The translations under genes were made by a program, and so were the position numbers. Below the pieces are notes generated by a model. It was not told the origin of the DNA and ran no database searches. It saw only the letters and a list, made by a program, of their open reading frames with translations. Shown piece after piece: positions 61,561-64,000 of a stretch of DNA of 64,000 nucleotides; the stretch's first letter is position 1; every line of letters begins with the position of its first letter. The DNA lies in NCBI GenBank assembly GCA_038087875.1, contig CM075978.1, positions 180,234,001 to 180,298,000 on the forward strand, given 5' to 3'. This DNA is from Malacoraja senta. Taxonomy: Eukaryota.

Positions 61561-62486
61561 GCCTCAACCCGACTCCAAGCACAAATGTGCTCTTTTATAT
61601 TGAGTGAGCCCCCCCCCCCTCCCTCTCTCTTCGTTACCCTCTAGTTTTAATGTGGGTATTTTAAAAAAGGGATTGTATGTAATCCGACTCGCCAAAACCA
61701 TTTTGTGGCACCTTTTATACTGGAGTCACTCAGCGGGACAGGCAGCATCTCTGGAGAGAAGGAATGGGTGACGTTTCGGGACCCTTCTTCAAGCGCCTCG
61801 TGGCACCTTTTGGTCCTTCTAATCGTCCATTTGAGTTAATCCTTCCTTGCTTTATATTCCAATTAAAATCAGGTGCGACGCCAGTGTTGAAGCGAAAGAA
61901 ATAAAGAAAGAAATATCTGGGTTAGTTACTCCTCTTTGTTTTTCCAGTCGGCTTCAAGCCCTGGGACATGGAACATAAGAGAGATTAGAAAGACATCAAA
62001 CCCCAAGTGCGGTGACGAAATAAATTAATAAGCTCATAAATCAAAGAAGCAGAATTAGACCATTCAGCCCATCGAGTCTTCACCGCCATTCTATCATGAC
62101 TGATTAACCTTTCGCTCTCAACCGCATTCTCCTTCCTTCCCCCGGTAACTTTTTTAAAAGGTTCATGTTAGGTTGTAAGTCCCTTGCGTCGAATGAGGAA
62201 GATCTGCGATTCTCTTCTGAATGGTCAGTCAATCATTGGACCCAGGGAAGTCTGAGAGAGAATTGTACCCCGATAGAAACTGTTCACTTGGCAGTGGGGG
62301 CGGACCCTCGCTCATACTAGCACTCCACCAACACTGAACCAAATTTGAAACCCACTTCACCGTCATGTGACATCCTATGTCATGGTCACAAGCGGAATAT
62401 ATTTATTCACCAACAACTCTTTCTTGCAAGAATCTTTTAGGAAACTTCTCTCATTTGCAACAAGCGGCCAACAACTTTCTTGTAAT

Positions 62487-63053
62487 ATGACAGTGAAAGC
62501 ATCATTTCGGTACATGACCCTTCTGGTGACAGTTTGGCAAGGTACTTTAAGATATATGTGCCGGTCCATCGTATGTAATTCTGTTTTAGAATACTCCATT
62601 TAGTTACCCACTGCGAATTTAGTTACAGTGCTTCTCCAGCTCGCTTGTCGCTAATTCTAATTAACTTTTGTAATTTTCAACTCTTGATTCATTTTCCTTG
62701 CCCAGTTTGTGCAATTGTTTTCAGTATTTTTCCTTAATTTCTGGCAGCCAACGAGGTAACTTCGACCAAAGTGGACCAATTCCCGAAAGACCTGACAGTC
62801 CACAGAGGAGACAATGCGTCCATGTTCTGCACATTCTCAATACAACAAGTTACTCCTGATGTTTATTGGTGGAGATGGGGAGAGAAGACATTTATAGAAC
62901 CAGAGAGCAGAAAAATAATTTCTACCAAAAAGGGCAGTGCGGATTTTGTTCTCCTGAATGCAAATGTAGCGGACTCCGGAGTTTATTATTGTAAAGTGAA
63001 ACATCAGCAGCAATCTATCGGAGATGGACCTGGCTCCAGGCTCACTGTAATTG
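62487..63053 (+). CDS. Gene D (5' part only): leader + IgV exon, paralogue of gene C
   Basis: Leader 62487-62541 (MTVKASFRYMTLLVTVWQG); V 62748-63053 (NEVTSTKVDQFPKDL...GDGPGSRLTVI). The remaining exons presumably lie beyond the window. Confidence 0.85.
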
Positions 63054-64000
63054 GTAAGTGTCCCATGACGGAGAGAACTTAAGCTCTCTATAGTATAAAT
63101 TATGCTCTCTAATGTGAATAACATAACATTTTATCACTGGGTTAAAACTGGATGATTATTAATAACTATTTTTTGTTATGAAACCAAACCACTCCGCCGA
63201 CTAGAAATCTGAATTGTCTGGAAATAATTAGCTGATCGGGCAGCATGTGTGTGGCGAGGGAGGGTTGTTCTCGTTTCATGTTTCCAGAGGGCCTTTTCCT
63301 TTGTCCTTCTGAAGAGTCGCGCTGCTATCGCCCACGATTCAGTTTCACTCTTCGTCATTCCCATGGTGTTCAGTGACTACATTGTTTTTCAGGGAAGATG
63401 TTCAAGCCACTTGGATATTTAATCTGGACTGTAGGAAGAATGGCGGCTTTTTCCTCACGGGAGTAATTTTAACACATTGAGACTGGGTCGGCTCTTTTAA
63501 GTATAATGAAAAGTCACCATTCCAGGCCAACTGTGGCTACAACCTCACCAGAACAGTGTCCACCCACAGTCCACACACAATCTTATCCTTTTTGACGCCA
63601 CCGCTACAAATTGTCTACCCAGTATTTGTTATAACGAATTTTCCGAAATCTATTAGTTTTATCCAAGAAACAGGTGAATAGAGGGAGCTCTCATGATTTG
63701 GATATAATAAAGATAGACAAAAAATGCTGGAGTTACTCGGCGGGACAGGCAGCATCTCTGGAGAGAAGGAAAGAGTGACGATTCAGACTGAAGAAGGGTC
63801 TCGATCCAATTCTTCTTTCTAGAGATGCTGCCTGTCCCGCTGAGTTACATGTTTGTGTATTCGAGCATTTTTATTTAACCGTCAAATATCTGTAAAGCAC
63901 GAACAGAATGTAGAGGTCTTTTGAGGAAACACCCGTGCGCCTGTCCTTGCAAATCGTGGTTTCCATTTACACGACCCTCGGTTGAAATGCCTACAAGTAA

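Overview
Eukaryotic, repeat-rich genomic DNA. The CR1, L2, Rex1/Babar and Penelope-like fragments and tRNA-SINEs point to a cartilaginous fish, probably a skate or ray (inference). Two assembly gaps lie at 30195-30499 and 30854-30988. The host content is a tandem, + strand cluster of four immunoglobulin-superfamily receptor genes, reconstructed by hand from splice sites. Each has a leader, a V domain with a germline J-like motif, one C1 domain, a TM exon and a tail. Gene A (3315-8583) is an intact inhibitory-type receptor with an uncharged TM and a four-tyrosine, SIRPalpha-like tail. Gene B (19479-24257) has a V domain identical in protein to gene A (2 synonymous differences in 297 nt, versus 32/297 in C1). 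It also has two tandem TM exons, one neutral and one with Arg, and a decayed ITIM exon that has lost both ITIM tyrosine codons. Gene C (41528-~49482) has a different V, a TM Arg and probably a short tail. Gene D (62487 onward) shares the V type of C and runs off the window. The best candidate for an undescribed system is an inhibitory/activating paired-receptor family whose ligand-binding exon is homogenised by gene conversion. All gene models are predictions without transcript evidence. Repeat boundaries are approximate.
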